From Candidatus Yanofskybacteria bacterium CG10_big_fil_rev_8_21_14_0_10_36_16 (GTDB taxonomy: Bacteria > Patescibacteriota > Minisyncoccia > 2-02-FULL-40-12 > IGHO2-01-FULL-4-A): 64,000 nucleotides of DNA. Positions 29,774 through 40,218 of the stretch are shown one piece after another. Both the position numbers and the translations under genes were made by a program. Numbering within the stretch: position 1 is the stretch's first letter; every line of letters starts with the position of its first letter. Location: assembly GCA_002794035.1 (NCBI GenBank), contig PCXQ01000001.1, positions 3,256 through 67,255 of the forward strand, written 5' to 3'. Under the pieces are notes generated by a model that did not search any database, had not been told where the DNA came from, and saw only the letters and a list, made by a program, of their open reading frames with translations.

Positions 29774-31255
29774 ATGGATAAAAAAATAATAGATTTAAGC
29801 AAAATTAGAAATATTTACATGATAGGTATTAAGGGTACTGGAATGGCGCCTTTGGCGGTTAATCTTAAAAATATGGGCAAAATAATTACTGGCTCAGATA
29901 GCAGTCAGGTATTTTTTACAGATGAATTGCTTAAAAAACAAAAGATAAACATACTTTCCCCTTTTAAGGCCGGCAATATTCCTAGTGATGTAGATTTGGT
30001 AATTACCTCTACCGCATATGATAGCAAAAACCCGGAAATAAAAGAAGCTGAAACAAGAGGCCTTTCTGTTTTGGGATATCCCGAAGTTATTGGACTTCTA
30101 AGTAATTCAATGAAATCTGTGGCAGTGTGCGGAAGTCACGGAAAAACCACAACAACTGCTGTCCTTTCATATATATTATCAAGGTCAAACATCGGTGTTC
30201 TGCCAAATGTCGGTTCAATAGTTCCCCAACTTATCAATTACAAACCGGATTTCCCTTCAGGGCTTATTAATTTGGAAAAGTCCGAGGCAAAATCAAGCAT
30301 TGATACGAGGCGTACAGATGGTACGTCGAGTGTTAATGCGAAGATTTTAACGAAGGAATTCGTCAAACCCGAAGGGATTGGCTCAAAAGATCTTGCTTTA
30401 GCAGGTCATAATTTGAGCCAAGTTAATATGCCGTGGTTTGTGTTTGAGGCTGATGAATATCAAAACAAACTAAGGCATTATAGTGCCGACATTGTAATAC
30501 TCACTAATATTGATTATGACCACCCTGATTTTTTTAAGACGCTAAATGAGTATAAAAAGGTTTTTGTTGATTTTGTAAAAAGAATTCCCAAGGACGGACT
30601 TTTGATATATTGTTCGGATGATAAAGAGGCATCAAAGATTTCCATATACGCAAAATGTCCCAAAATTGCTTATAATTTAGAATTATTAGATTTAAGTAAG
30701 TGGGAAATAAAACTTGCGGGCCAGCATAATATTCTTAATACAATGGCAGCTATTTTGGCTGCCAAACATCTCGGTGTAGATGAGGATACAATTAAAAAAG
30801 CTGTGGCAAATTTTCAGGGTGTTAAACGCCGTCTTGAGTTTATAAAAAATACCCGCATAAACGGGCAGGACTGTGTTTTAATAGATGATTATGGCCACCA
30901 CCCTACTGAGATCAAGGCTTCAATAAAAGCCATTAAAGAAAAATATCCCAACAAAGTTTTGTGGACTGTTTTTCAACCGCATACTTTTAGCAGGACAAGC
31001 GCATTGTTTGATGATTTTGCAAAATCATTTAAAGAATCTGATAAGACAGTTGTTTTGGATATTTATACTTCTGCAAGAGAAAAAAGTGGTTCTATACATT
31101 CTCGAGACTTGGTTAAACAAATGAATAGTTCAAATGTTTTTTATAAAAAAGACATTCAGCAAACAGCTAAATTTTTAAAACAAAAAATAAATTCTCCCAG
31201 TGTCATAATGACAATAGGAGCAAGCAATGTCTGGGAATTGCATGAGTTGGTTTAG
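29774..31255 (+). CDS. murC: UDP-N-acetylmuramate--L-alanine ligase
   Basis: MIGIKGTGMAPLA, CGSHGKTTTTA, DDYGHHPTEI. Confidence 0.8.
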   Translation: MDKKIIDLSKIRNIYMIGIKGTGMAPLAVNLKNMGKIITGSDSSQVFFTDELLKKQKINILSPFKAGNIPSDVDLVITSTAYDSKNPEIKEAETRGLSVLGYPEVIGLLSNSMKSVAVCGSHGKTTTTAVLSYILSRSNIGVLPNVGSIVPQLINYKPDFPSGLINLEKSEAKSSIDTRRTDGTSSVNAKILTKEFVKPEGIGSKDLALAGHNLSQVNMPWFVFEADEYQNKLRHYSADIVILTNIDYDHPDFFKTLNEYKKVFVDFVKRIPKDGLLIYCSDDKEASKISIYAKCPKIAYNLELLDLSKWEIKLAGQHNILNTMAAILAAKHLGVDEDTIKKAVANFQGVKRRLEFIKNTRINGQDCVLIDDYGHHPTEIKASIKAIKEKYPNKVLWTVFQPHTFSRTSALFDDFAKSFKESDKTVVLDIYTSAREKSGSIHSRDLVKQMNSSNVFYKKDIQQTAKFLKQKINSPSVIMTIGASNVWELHELV

Positions 31256-31547
31256 TTAAAAATTAATAAGACTTTGTTTGTATTCTCATAGATTTCTGCT
31301 ACTATATTTCCATGCTTAGTATAGGTATGGTATGAACGCAATAGAACACAAGGAGGCCAAGTTTATTCCCTTCTCTTTTGTTATAAACCTGCCAAAACCG
31401 CGTTATGAGCGTATTATTGTAAACAGAGACCGGCAAGGTAGAATATTGAGATCAATGGCTCCCAAATAAAAGTTTGTAGCTCAAGAATTAAACTAACTGG
31501 GCTAAATTGAAAAATATGGTTCAGAAAATTTAATTCTTGTTTATATT

Positions 31548-31745
31548 ATGGAGACCTGTAACAGGTGTGACAAAGAATACCCCAAAGATTCAGAAAAGTG
31601 GCATCAAAGCACCGGTGGCATACAAACCGGTGGTGGCGATACGGATGAAAAAGGAGACTACACAGTGAAACCGGCAAAAATGTGCCACGAATGTTTTGAG
31701 AAACTACCAGAAGACCAAAAACATAGCTGGCCAGAAATAAACTAA
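31548..31745 (+). CDS. Hypothetical small Cys protein
   Basis: 65 aa; CNRC ... CHEC. Confidence 0.25.
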   Translation: METCNRCDKEYPKDSEKWHQSTGGIQTGGGDTDEKGDYTVKPAKMCHECFEKLPEDQKHSWPEIN

Positions 31746-31809
31746 CATGATTTAGGCAATATAAAATACTCCGGCAAGAGTATTTTATATTTTTATTATT
31801 TGAACTAGC

Positions 31810-32115
31810 TTACGCTATTCTGATTTCAAACTTCCTTCTGGTTGGAGCTAATGCCGCCCATCTCATGAAGGCAGTTTTTTGGAGCAAGGCATGGCTAGAA
31901 TTTAATGAATCAGATGTTTCTATCTCTACTACATATTCATAACCATTATGGGTTGCATAAACATCCGGTAGATGGCCATTAATTAGCGGCGGTTTGACAT
32001 TGCCCGGTAAATCTGACCAGACATTACTCCATCCGGCCGCAGTTATTTGTCTTGCCCAAGAAGCTACACCAGCATCGTGTTTTTGCTGATTAGCTTTCAA
32101 TCTTATATATGGCAA
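31810..32115 (-). CDS. Hypothetical protein
   Basis: 101 aa ORF; no recognisable motif. Confidence 0.3.
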   Translation of the reverse strand: MPYIRLKANQQKHDAGVASWARQITAAGWSNVWSDLPGNVKPPLINGHLPDVYATHNGYEYVVEIETSDSLNSSHALLQKTAFMRWAALAPTRRKFEIRIA

Positions 32116-32671
32116 TTTAAATTAAAAAGGGGTCTCTTGACTATAAATTTAATGGATGATAAGTTTCTGGGAACTGTTTATAACTTATTTTCATAATAAC
32201 TTATAAGTAGTTATAATTATTATTACTTACGTAAAAAGCTAAAAACTTTTGTAAAACATGCCTTTTGCCGAAGGCGTGTTTTATTTTCACATGGCTTCCA
32301 GACATTCTACTTATCGTCTTGAGCCCCCTCCCTTTCTTGGCCCTAATTTTAACAATTACTGCTTTGCAATTCTGCTTGCGATTTGGCCATTTTCACAAAC
32401 TGAAAAACAAAAAATCCTTTGGCCGAGACTTAAACGAGAACTGCAATAAGTTTCCTTATTGGTGTTCCCATCCAGATGGACATCTAGCTGGAACAACTAG
32501 TGCTCCCGCTAAAGTCCCTGCCAAAGGATTTCAAGGCTTTATTGTCTCGGCCGCTCTTTTAATGTCCGGCTGTCCAAACCGAACGAGCATTTTACTAATT
32601 ATTAAGTCTTAAACTAATTTCATTATAGGTTACCGTAAGATAGATTCAAGTAGCCCTTTTGTGGATAACGC

Positions 32672-33718
32672 TTATTTCTTTAACATTTTTTCAGCAAGCG
32701 CTTTTAGGGCTTCTTCGCCTTCTACGCCGCGGAGGCGGCCGGCAAGAAAGCCGAGTTTGTAATTTATATCATCGGCTATTAAACGCCAATTTGTGTCAGC
32801 TAAGGTTTTTTTGAGTAACCTGCGAAGATCATATACACTACTCCGATCTTGCCGACCGGGTTTATTATCCTGCAATGAAAAACCCACGGTTAAATCCCGC
32901 CCTGCTTCCGGCTTATCAAAATCAAGTTTAGAATACCCAGCTTTTTTAATAGCGGGGTTGAGGTGATTCTGTAGTTCTACAATGGTAAGTTTTTTAATTT
33001 TAGCAACAGCATCATAAATCTCCTTGTTCTCCTCGTGGTCTTTCATCCATTCCGCTATTTCTTTAAGGTTGGCAGTCCATGAAATGTAATCCGTACCCTC
33101 TTTGTCAGATATACAATATTTTCTTCTATTTGCCTCAAAGTTTGGATCAACCTCTTCTCTCTTGTCTAAATCCCAGGTATCAGTTTCTTTCTGGCCACAC
33201 CCCGGACAATTATAAGCTGTCGTTATGATATTACCCTTCCGGTTATGGACGGATGTTCTATTCGCATGGCACTTAGGACAAGGGTTTTTATATTCCCACT
33301 CTTGACCGTTTTCCCAGTAAGCACGTCGGCTATTACAGTTACTGCAGTCAAAGAAAAAGAGAACCCTGTCGTTTTTATCATTAATATCGGTATGTAAGTC
33401 TTTAGATTCTACTTGCATTAAATGGCTACAACTAAGGCAGCGGATTCCTTTCGGCTCAATGGCGTTATTAATCCTATCGTCTTTGTCCTGATCGCGTTCC
33501 ATCCATTTATGTATGGTTTCTGATTTATTTCTATATCGCTCTCCTTTTTTGAAATATAGGCCAATTTCTGTAAAAGCACCGGTTATTGAGCCGGCTTTTT
33601 TATACTTATCTCTTGAAGAGATATGATTCACAGAGTTAACCCATTCTTCGCATTCTTTAATGGTTAGGCGGTCATAAAGTTCGTGATAATAACTTTCGTC
33701 TTTTAGATACTTATACAT
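32672..33718 (-). CDS. Hypothetical four-CxxC zinc-ribbon protein, last gene of the defense-island operon
   Basis: 348 aa; CLSCSH, CSNC, CPKCH, CPGC pairs. The gene is 3 bp downstream of the NERD gene. Confidence 0.45.
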   Translation of the reverse strand: MYKYLKDESYYHELYDRLTIKECEEWVNSVNHISSRDKYKKAGSITGAFTEIGLYFKKGERYRNKSETIHKWMERDQDKDDRINNAIEPKGIRCLSCSHLMQVESKDLHTDINDKNDRVLFFFDCSNCNSRRAYWENGQEWEYKNPCPKCHANRTSVHNRKGNIITTAYNCPGCGQKETDTWDLDKREEVDPNFEANRRKYCISDKEGTDYISWTANLKEIAEWMKDHEENKEIYDAVAKIKKLTIVELQNHLNPAIKKAGYSKLDFDKPEAGRDLTVGFSLQDNKPGRQDRSSVYDLRRLLKKTLADTNWRLIADDINYKLGFLAGRLRGVEGEEALKALAEKMLKK

Positions 33719-33721
33719 TTA

Positions 33722-34366
33722 TTAAGAATCGTTTAATCTTTTGAGGCCCTTGGCGCTTTCAATATGTGACCTCCGGCTCTTTTTGTCCTTTATATCGGCG
33801 TTTTTGATAATGCTACAAATCTCGTCCCTTTCACTGTCAGACAATACCAAATCAGTATATTGTCTGATTTTTTCTACAGTATCCCTGCCATTACCGACTG
33901 TATCCGTACCAGTAATTTTAAGCTTATCCGCAGACGGGAAAATTATAAATGAATAAATGGGAGTATTTTGAAATCGCGGCTTTATTAGTGCCTCTATTGC
34001 TTTGGTGTGGGCGTAATTTTGCCTTAATGGATTATAGAATCTGCTCTTTCGTCTATAAATAACTTGGGTCCAGTATTGATCGCTGGCTTTACCGAAAATC
34101 CATCCAGAATAATCTTTCGTTTCAATGCAAAAAATTCCAAATCTTGAAACTATGATGTGATCAATTTGAGTTGTGCTTGTATTGCCGGTTGAAGGCAACA
34201 AAACGTCGCTTAGATTTATATACTGTTTAGGATCCAGCCCTGTCAGTTTTTTGTTTACAAATCTTTCGCCTAGCCAACCTTTCCATTGCGGAAACTTATA
34301 TTTAACCCACTGAACAATGAGATAAAGAAATCCAAACCAAATTAGTAAATATATAATGTTTTTCAA
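33722..34366 (-). CDS. NERD (nuclease-related domain) protein, membrane-anchored
   Basis: N-terminal TM helix, then IDHIIVSRFGIFCIETKDYSGWIFG (NERD core). Confidence 0.7.
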   Translation of the reverse strand: MKNIIYLLIWFGFLYLIVQWVKYKFPQWKGWLGERFVNKKLTGLDPKQYINLSDVLLPSTGNTSTTQIDHIIVSRFGIFCIETKDYSGWIFGKASDQYWTQVIYRRKSRFYNPLRQNYAHTKAIEALIKPRFQNTPIYSFIIFPSADKLKITGTDTVGNGRDTVEKIRQYTDLVLSDSERDEICSIIKNADIKDKKSRRSHIESAKGLKRLNDS

Positions 34367-34389
34367 TTTATAGTTATTGATGTATTTAG

Positions 34390-35724
34390 TTAGAAGGCAT
34401 GTCGCTCATTTTTTGTGATTTTTTGTAAAAACATTTTTTGTTGTTTTTTCTTTTGTAACCAACCCAACTTACACAAATCAGTTACTACTGACTGGGATAT
34501 TTTATATAGTTGTTTATCTAAATCAATCACCGTATTATCAACTTGTAATGCCAAATCATTCAAGCCCATTAATTTGATACCATTTAGTGTTCTAACGCGG
34601 GATAGAGCCACATAACCCATCCCGTAAGTAAATGACTTGCTAAGGTCAATTTCTGCAGCGTCTAAGCTCATCCCTTGGCTCTTGTGGACCGTAATAGCCC
34701 AAGCAAGCCGCAGGGGTACTTGGCTTATCTCCGCTTTTATAAGGTCATTTTCTTCAACGGTCCAACTTGTTGGCCGAGCTGCCACTTCTTTGCCTTTAAT
34801 TGTTTTGATAATAGGATAACTATCACCATCAAAATCAATTACTTTGCCCAATGTTCCATTAACATATCCTTTATCAAAATTGTTCTTTACAAACATTACT
34901 ACGGCATCCTTTTTTAAGGTAAGCTCTTCCGGAGCCAAGCAGCCTTTTTTCAATGATTCTACAAGATATTTTTCACCCCTGCATTGCATTTTATAAGTTT
35001 TTGGTTCGCTTTCAATTTTATTAAGTTCAAAGTTATTAATTGCATCCACATCAACATTATGAGTATAAAGTTTGGTAGGAGTTATATTAGTAACGGCCGG
35101 TTTGTTAAACCGGCTTGTTAAAAGACCAAGTGATGTGTCAGATGTTTTGCCAGCTCTTATATCATTTAACACATTAAGAAAATTAAGATCTTGTTGCCGG
35201 TATTGTTCTGTCAGATAGCAAATCTTTATATTCATGTTCTCCCAAGCTTTAGATGTGTGTATAAAACTATCATCTTCACCATTTTTTGATACTGGCGGTA
35301 ATTGAAAAAAGTCTCCGGATAAAATTACCTGCAAACCGCCAAATGGCAAATCATTTTTCTTAAACGCTTTGCAAACCTTATCTACCATGTCTAATCGGAA
35401 TGAGTGAAGCATTGAAACCTCGTCTATTATTAAAACTTTTGTTTTTAGGAATCTTGCTCGGAAGTTAATATTTTTAAGTAACTTTGATAAATGATCATCG
35501 GTAATCTCGTTTTGTATTCCTAATCCCGCCCAAGAGTGTATTGTCCGGCCATTCATATGAGTTGCGGCAATGCCGGTTGAGGCGGTTATACCAACGCCAA
35601 TATTTTTCCCTTTCAGAAAGTTGATATACTTGTTTAATAAAAAAGTTTTCCCGCTTCCAGCGGGACCAGTTAGATACACATTATGTCCAAGTTTTAATAT
35701 ATCTAAAGCTTCCTGTTGGGTCAT
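34390..35724 (-). CDS. PIF1/RecD-family SF1 DNA helicase
   Basis: GPAGSGKTF Walker A, DEVSM, GDFFQLPPV, C-terminal RecD/Pif1-like SH3 region. Confidence 0.75.
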   Translation of the reverse strand: MTQQEALDILKLGHNVYLTGPAGSGKTFLLNKYINFLKGKNIGVGITASTGIAATHMNGRTIHSWAGLGIQNEITDDHLSKLLKNINFRARFLKTKVLIIDEVSMLHSFRLDMVDKVCKAFKKNDLPFGGLQVILSGDFFQLPPVSKNGEDDSFIHTSKAWENMNIKICYLTEQYRQQDLNFLNVLNDIRAGKTSDTSLGLLTSRFNKPAVTNITPTKLYTHNVDVDAINNFELNKIESEPKTYKMQCRGEKYLVESLKKGCLAPEELTLKKDAVVMFVKNNFDKGYVNGTLGKVIDFDGDSYPIIKTIKGKEVAARPTSWTVEENDLIKAEISQVPLRLAWAITVHKSQGMSLDAAEIDLSKSFTYGMGYVALSRVRTLNGIKLMGLNDLALQVDNTVIDLDKQLYKISQSVVTDLCKLGWLQKKKQQKMFLQKITKNERHAF

Positions 35725-35743
35725 AAATTAAAAACTTAAAAAC

Positions 35744-37531
35744 TTAAAAACTTTGATAATACTCCCTTATCATATTAGCCATTAATTTTTGTCTTTCTTC
35801 CAGAAATTTTTGATAATCAGTAACTTCCATATCTAACACACTTACTGGTATGGCATTTTCTTTCAAGTTGTTTTCAAGCTCATTCTTGTCTTTAATGCCA
35901 CTGTATTTGAAAACCCCATTTTCAAGATGTTCCAATATTTCAGTAAAGTATTGTTTGGGTGATTTTGCTCCGATTTTGATATTAATTTCACTTTGTGTGT
36001 AGGCAAAATTGGCTATTTGGTTGTAATCTCTCTGTTTTAGCTTGTTGCTTTCAAGATATTTTTTGGGAAATATATGGTGTATATCTCCACGATGTATAAT
36101 CATATCTCGTACTTTTATATCAGTGGAAAGAAAACCTCTTTTTCCTAATTTTACTTGTGCTGCCCAAAAAAGTTTTAAGTACGGACTGGATATACTAGAT
36201 TTAACTAAATCGCGCACCAGACCTTCTGACCAGAATGTATCTGATAATTCAGCCCTCTCTATTCCTTCAAGATATTTTTCAGCACGCTGCTCAACGATGT
36301 TTCTTATATCTGTATCAAATTGGCTTTCGGGAGACCCAGAGTATCTTCCTATTAGCAGCGACATTATGAGCCACTTGCTAACTATACGCTCTATTTCAGA
36401 ATCATTGTATTCTTGTGATCTCAATTTGAGATATAAAATATAAGCAAAGTTTAAAGCATTTTTTGAACGAATTAACCCGCTTACTTCAAACCCCGCTGCC
36501 TTAACTATCATAGAAAAGCGTTCATAATGAGTTTTGTTTACAAAATCTAATACGCCGTTTTTTAATTTATTATAAGAATCCTCAACGATGGCTTCTTCGT
36601 AAGCCCTTGTTTCAAAGTTTCTACCAGATAGTAAACTTACCAAATCCCTCAACCTTCCGCGATTAAACTCTTTAGTAAAGCCAACCCTAATAATATCGGT
36701 ATAATCTGGTTGATAAATGTCATCCTGCAAGTTTTTGGCCCAAAGTATTTTTTGATAATATTCTGTATTAGTAAAGTCATCACTGGCGGATTTAATATTT
36801 TCAATAAACTCCGGATGTCGCAGAGTATGCGCAAAGTAATCTATTGCTTTTCTTAGATTTATCCCAAAATCTCCAAATGCTGCGATTCGTGACATTGCAA
36901 AGTCGGCCTGACTTAACACAACCCCCTCGGAGTTAATCCTGATAAATATTTCAGTAACCGTTTCTATATCAAGATTTTCTTTTAACTCTATAAATCCGAG
37001 CTGCTTATCTTTGATAGAATAAAGCTTGTCAATGTTGTTTTGAATGGTTTGTAAGTCTGCTTTTGGATTTCTTTTTTTGTATTCGTCTACAAGCGCAAAA
37101 ATACCTCCCTCATTTTTCAAAAACTCCGAAATATCACCAATCCAATTAACATCTTTTTCAATCGCGGGTGTTAATGTTTCAAACTTTTCCTCAATGGGAT
37201 TGAAGGCAATCCTGATTCTCATTTTTCTATATTCCTTGTCTAAAACTTCTTCTCCGAGAATGGCTGCTCTTAGTGCCGTAATTCGCTGCTGTCCGTCTAT
37301 AACAATTTTTTTACCGGATGATAAACTGCCATCTTTTAGACGAATAGATGGGTTACGCCATACAATTATGTAGCCAACAGGAAAGCCTTTATAGATAGAA
37401 TCCATCAAATCCCTCACTTTAATTGAACTCCACACAAAGGGTCGTTGAATCTCTGGTATAGCAATTTCATTGGACTGAACCCAGCTTAAAATGTCTTTAA
37501 TAAAATATTGATTTATAATGTATTGTTGCAT
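35744..37531 (-). CDS. GmrSD-family Type IV restriction endonuclease (DUF262 + DUF1524)
   Basis: N-terminal IPEIQRPFVW and IDGQQRITAL (DGQQR, DUF262); C-terminal IHHIFPKKY His-Me finger (DUF1524). Start set at the MQQYI ATG, 4 bp after the res stop. Confidence 0.8.
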   Translation of the reverse strand: MQQYIINQYFIKDILSWVQSNEIAIPEIQRPFVWSSIKVRDLMDSIYKGFPVGYIIVWRNPSIRLKDGSLSSGKKIVIDGQQRITALRAAILGEEVLDKEYRKMRIRIAFNPIEEKFETLTPAIEKDVNWIGDISEFLKNEGGIFALVDEYKKRNPKADLQTIQNNIDKLYSIKDKQLGFIELKENLDIETVTEIFIRINSEGVVLSQADFAMSRIAAFGDFGINLRKAIDYFAHTLRHPEFIENIKSASDDFTNTEYYQKILWAKNLQDDIYQPDYTDIIRVGFTKEFNRGRLRDLVSLLSGRNFETRAYEEAIVEDSYNKLKNGVLDFVNKTHYERFSMIVKAAGFEVSGLIRSKNALNFAYILYLKLRSQEYNDSEIERIVSKWLIMSLLIGRYSGSPESQFDTDIRNIVEQRAEKYLEGIERAELSDTFWSEGLVRDLVKSSISSPYLKLFWAAQVKLGKRGFLSTDIKVRDMIIHRGDIHHIFPKKYLESNKLKQRDYNQIANFAYTQSEINIKIGAKSPKQYFTEILEHLENGVFKYSGIKDKNELENNLKENAIPVSVLDMEVTDYQKFLEERQKLMANMIREYYQSF

Positions 37532-37535
37532 AAAT

Positions 37536-40217
37536 CTATTTTTCCCAAAGTCGGGCCGCTTCATCAAAGCTTTTCGGCTTCTGTGATAGCTTATCCCAAT
37601 CTTCTTGTTTAATATAAAGCATTTTGTATTTAACGTCGTTCTGAATACTATTAACATCTTTTATCCATTGTTCCAAGCGTTTTATTTTCTCAACATCGTC
37701 TAAGTCTTCGCGGCCTTTGGTTTCTATGATGTACACTTCTTTTTCTGAAACCTTTACGAAAAAGTCCGGGTAGTAATTTGAAATATCACCACTGGCATTT
37801 CGGTAATCAATCCTAAAATTAACTGCGAAGTAGTTTTTAGCATAAGAAATTATATCTTCCACTCCATCAAGAAAACCGGCAAACTCAAGTTCAAAATGCC
37901 CATCTCCAACTATTTTATTAAATGCGCTTTTCTTCGGTACAAGATATGCTTGATCCTTCACGACAAATGGTCGGCTCTTACTAATCTTAATATAATTTTG
38001 GATCTCGGCCTCGCCCTTATCTACCACGGTCAATTCGTTTATCTTCTTCTTAAATGTTTCTGTTACTGTTTTGCTGGCTTCAAGCTCTGACAAATTACGC
38101 AAAGCATTAAGATCGTCCAACTGTATTTTTTTATCAAAAAGGTTGTTTTCAATAAACTCTTTTACTTGGCCGTATAGAATATCATAACCGCTAAATAACC
38201 GAAGCTCTTTCATAATAACATTGGTAAAATACCCTATAACACTTTGGTAATCTGGTATGAAATTACTATCTAACTCTGTCTTGTGAGTTATATCACCGCT
38301 GGTAATATCCCTGAATATAATTTCGCGCTTTTCTTCTTCTGAAAACTCCTTTAATTTAACTTTCTTGTGACCAAATGTTGAAACATCAAGGTCTGAAAGG
38401 TTTTTATATTCCCGATAAATACGCGGTGTAAGAATGGGTATTTGAATATCTAACCTCGGTATATCTTTTTTGGTGTTTTCATTATCAACCTCAACAACCA
38501 AAGGAGCTTTAGGTTCTGTGCCTTCTCCCATTTTTCTGTGCTCAAGCTCAACACCTTCACTTTTAATAGATTCCACAAAATCCATAAAAGCATCTGTGCC
38601 CACTACACTAACTAATTCCGGCACTTCTTCGTTGCGATACATTCGTCTTAACCCTCTTCCAAGTGTTTGTTCTGGCAATATGTTGCTCTTTGAAGAATAA
38701 GGCCGCAATCCAACAATGGTTGTAACATTACGGACATCCCAACCTTCTTTAAGCATTAACACGGAAACTATGGCCTTATAAGGATTATCAAAATTATCAA
38801 TCTTGTTTGCTGCTTCCCGCAGCTTTTTTAATTCCTCCTCATTTTTCCCAGTTGCGCTTTCGGATATTTCACCGTTATTTTTTGTATGAATTACTAATAC
38901 AGAGTTTTTAAACTCCGGATAAGTATTTTCAAGATATTCAGCAACTTCATCACCGTTCTTAGTATCGTCGGTCATTAAAAACAAAACTGCTTTTTTGCCC
39001 AGTTTTATATGTTCATCATAAACCTTTTTCCACTCCAAATAACCGAGATGGACATAGTCCTTGTATTTCTCACTGAACTTTGAACTTTTATGCTCTTGTA
39101 GCTTGGCTCGGCTTGCAGAATCGGGCAGGACCGGACGCTTTACTACGTTTTGGTGAATGGCTTCAACCAATGGGTAATCGCTTATTGTTTGAACAAATAT
39201 AGCTCCGTTATTATGTCTTGGGGTAGCTGTTACATCAATTTGTAAAGATAATTCTTTGCCTTTCATCTTGAGACGATTGTGTATATCTTCTATGGACTTA
39301 AACCACGCTAAACGGCCATCGTGGATATGGTGCGCTTCATCATTTAGTACAACCAGCTCATCTATATCTCTAACTATTACCCCAAGATCAACTTTTGATT
39401 CATTTGTTGCGCCAACTGGTTTTTCGCCAAGAAAATATCGGGCCGTGTTTTCATCTTCAAAACTCGCAGCACTGCTATTACTCTCATAAACCCGATGAAT
39501 GTTAGTTAGAAAAATGTTTCCAGTTTTTTTAACTACACCTATTTCGTCTTGAATATGCAAAGTTAATTGAAAATCATCCCGCCAATTTTGGCCTGCAAAA
39601 CCATTATCCGGAAGTACCGGGTCTTCAAAAAATATCTTTAAGCCGTCAAAATCAGACCTGATACGGTCTAAAACAATAATGTTGGGGGTGATAACCAAAA
39701 AGTTTCGGGCTAATTTTGAATCCTCTTCATAAAGTTTATGAAAGAAGCTCCAAGCAAGAAGTAAACTTAACACCTTTGTCTTGCCGCTTCCGGTTGCCAT
39801 TTTTATTACGAAACGTAACCAGGATTCTTCAAACATTCCTGCTGAAACTGCTCCGGAACTATCAAATCTTATAAGGTCGTATTTATCTTTTACTTTTGCT
39901 ACTTCGTGGAGATAAATGGTTGTTTCTACTGCTTCTCTCTGTCCAAAATAGTATTGAAAAAGAAAGGTCTCTCCATCTGTATTTTCTCTTGGGTGGTCTA
40001 TTTTAAACCACCATTTAAGTAACGCTTTACTTGTTTCACTTGCCCCTTCATAATCAGCATCTCGCCATTCTTTGACCTTCCTACGAAGTTGATCCACTAA
40101 AGGCGGTAAAAGCCGAGCATAGCCCTGTTCTCTTAATGTCTCGTCTGCCGGAAACCACCGGAGGTCCGGGTTTAAAATCTCGTGAGGTGATTGTGGAAAC
40201 TTAGGGTGTAGTGCCAT
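37536..40217 (-). CDS. res: Type III restriction-modification Res subunit (SF2 helicase-nuclease)
   Basis: MATGSGKTKV Walker A, NDEAHH DEAH box, C-terminal endonuclease region; downstream of mod. Confidence 0.8.
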   Translation of the reverse strand: MALHPKFPQSPHEILNPDLRWFPADETLREQGYARLLPPLVDQLRRKVKEWRDADYEGASETSKALLKWWFKIDHPRENTDGETFLFQYYFGQREAVETTIYLHEVAKVKDKYDLIRFDSSGAVSAGMFEESWLRFVIKMATGSGKTKVLSLLLAWSFFHKLYEEDSKLARNFLVITPNIIVLDRIRSDFDGLKIFFEDPVLPDNGFAGQNWRDDFQLTLHIQDEIGVVKKTGNIFLTNIHRVYESNSSAASFEDENTARYFLGEKPVGATNESKVDLGVIVRDIDELVVLNDEAHHIHDGRLAWFKSIEDIHNRLKMKGKELSLQIDVTATPRHNNGAIFVQTISDYPLVEAIHQNVVKRPVLPDSASRAKLQEHKSSKFSEKYKDYVHLGYLEWKKVYDEHIKLGKKAVLFLMTDDTKNGDEVAEYLENTYPEFKNSVLVIHTKNNGEISESATGKNEEELKKLREAANKIDNFDNPYKAIVSVLMLKEGWDVRNVTTIVGLRPYSSKSNILPEQTLGRGLRRMYRNEEVPELVSVVGTDAFMDFVESIKSEGVELEHRKMGEGTEPKAPLVVEVDNENTKKDIPRLDIQIPILTPRIYREYKNLSDLDVSTFGHKKVKLKEFSEEEKREIIFRDITSGDITHKTELDSNFIPDYQSVIGYFTNVIMKELRLFSGYDILYGQVKEFIENNLFDKKIQLDDLNALRNLSELEASKTVTETFKKKINELTVVDKGEAEIQNYIKISKSRPFVVKDQAYLVPKKSAFNKIVGDGHFELEFAGFLDGVEDIISYAKNYFAVNFRIDYRNASGDISNYYPDFFVKVSEKEVYIIETKGREDLDDVEKIKRLEQWIKDVNSIQNDVKYKMLYIKQEDWDKLSQKPKSFDEAARLWEK

Positions 40218-40218
40218 A

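Noticed and set aside
32258-32612. ORFs 32258-32449 and 32265-32612 (plus strand)
   Set aside because: Two overlapping frames in a GC-enriched non-coding stretch, with no RBS and odd composition; probably spurious.
35744-37657. Longer GmrSD start (MLIVFRTT...) overlapping res
   Set aside because: The DUF262 N-terminus begins at the MQQYI Met 4 bp after the res stop. The extension would overlap res by about 120 bp.
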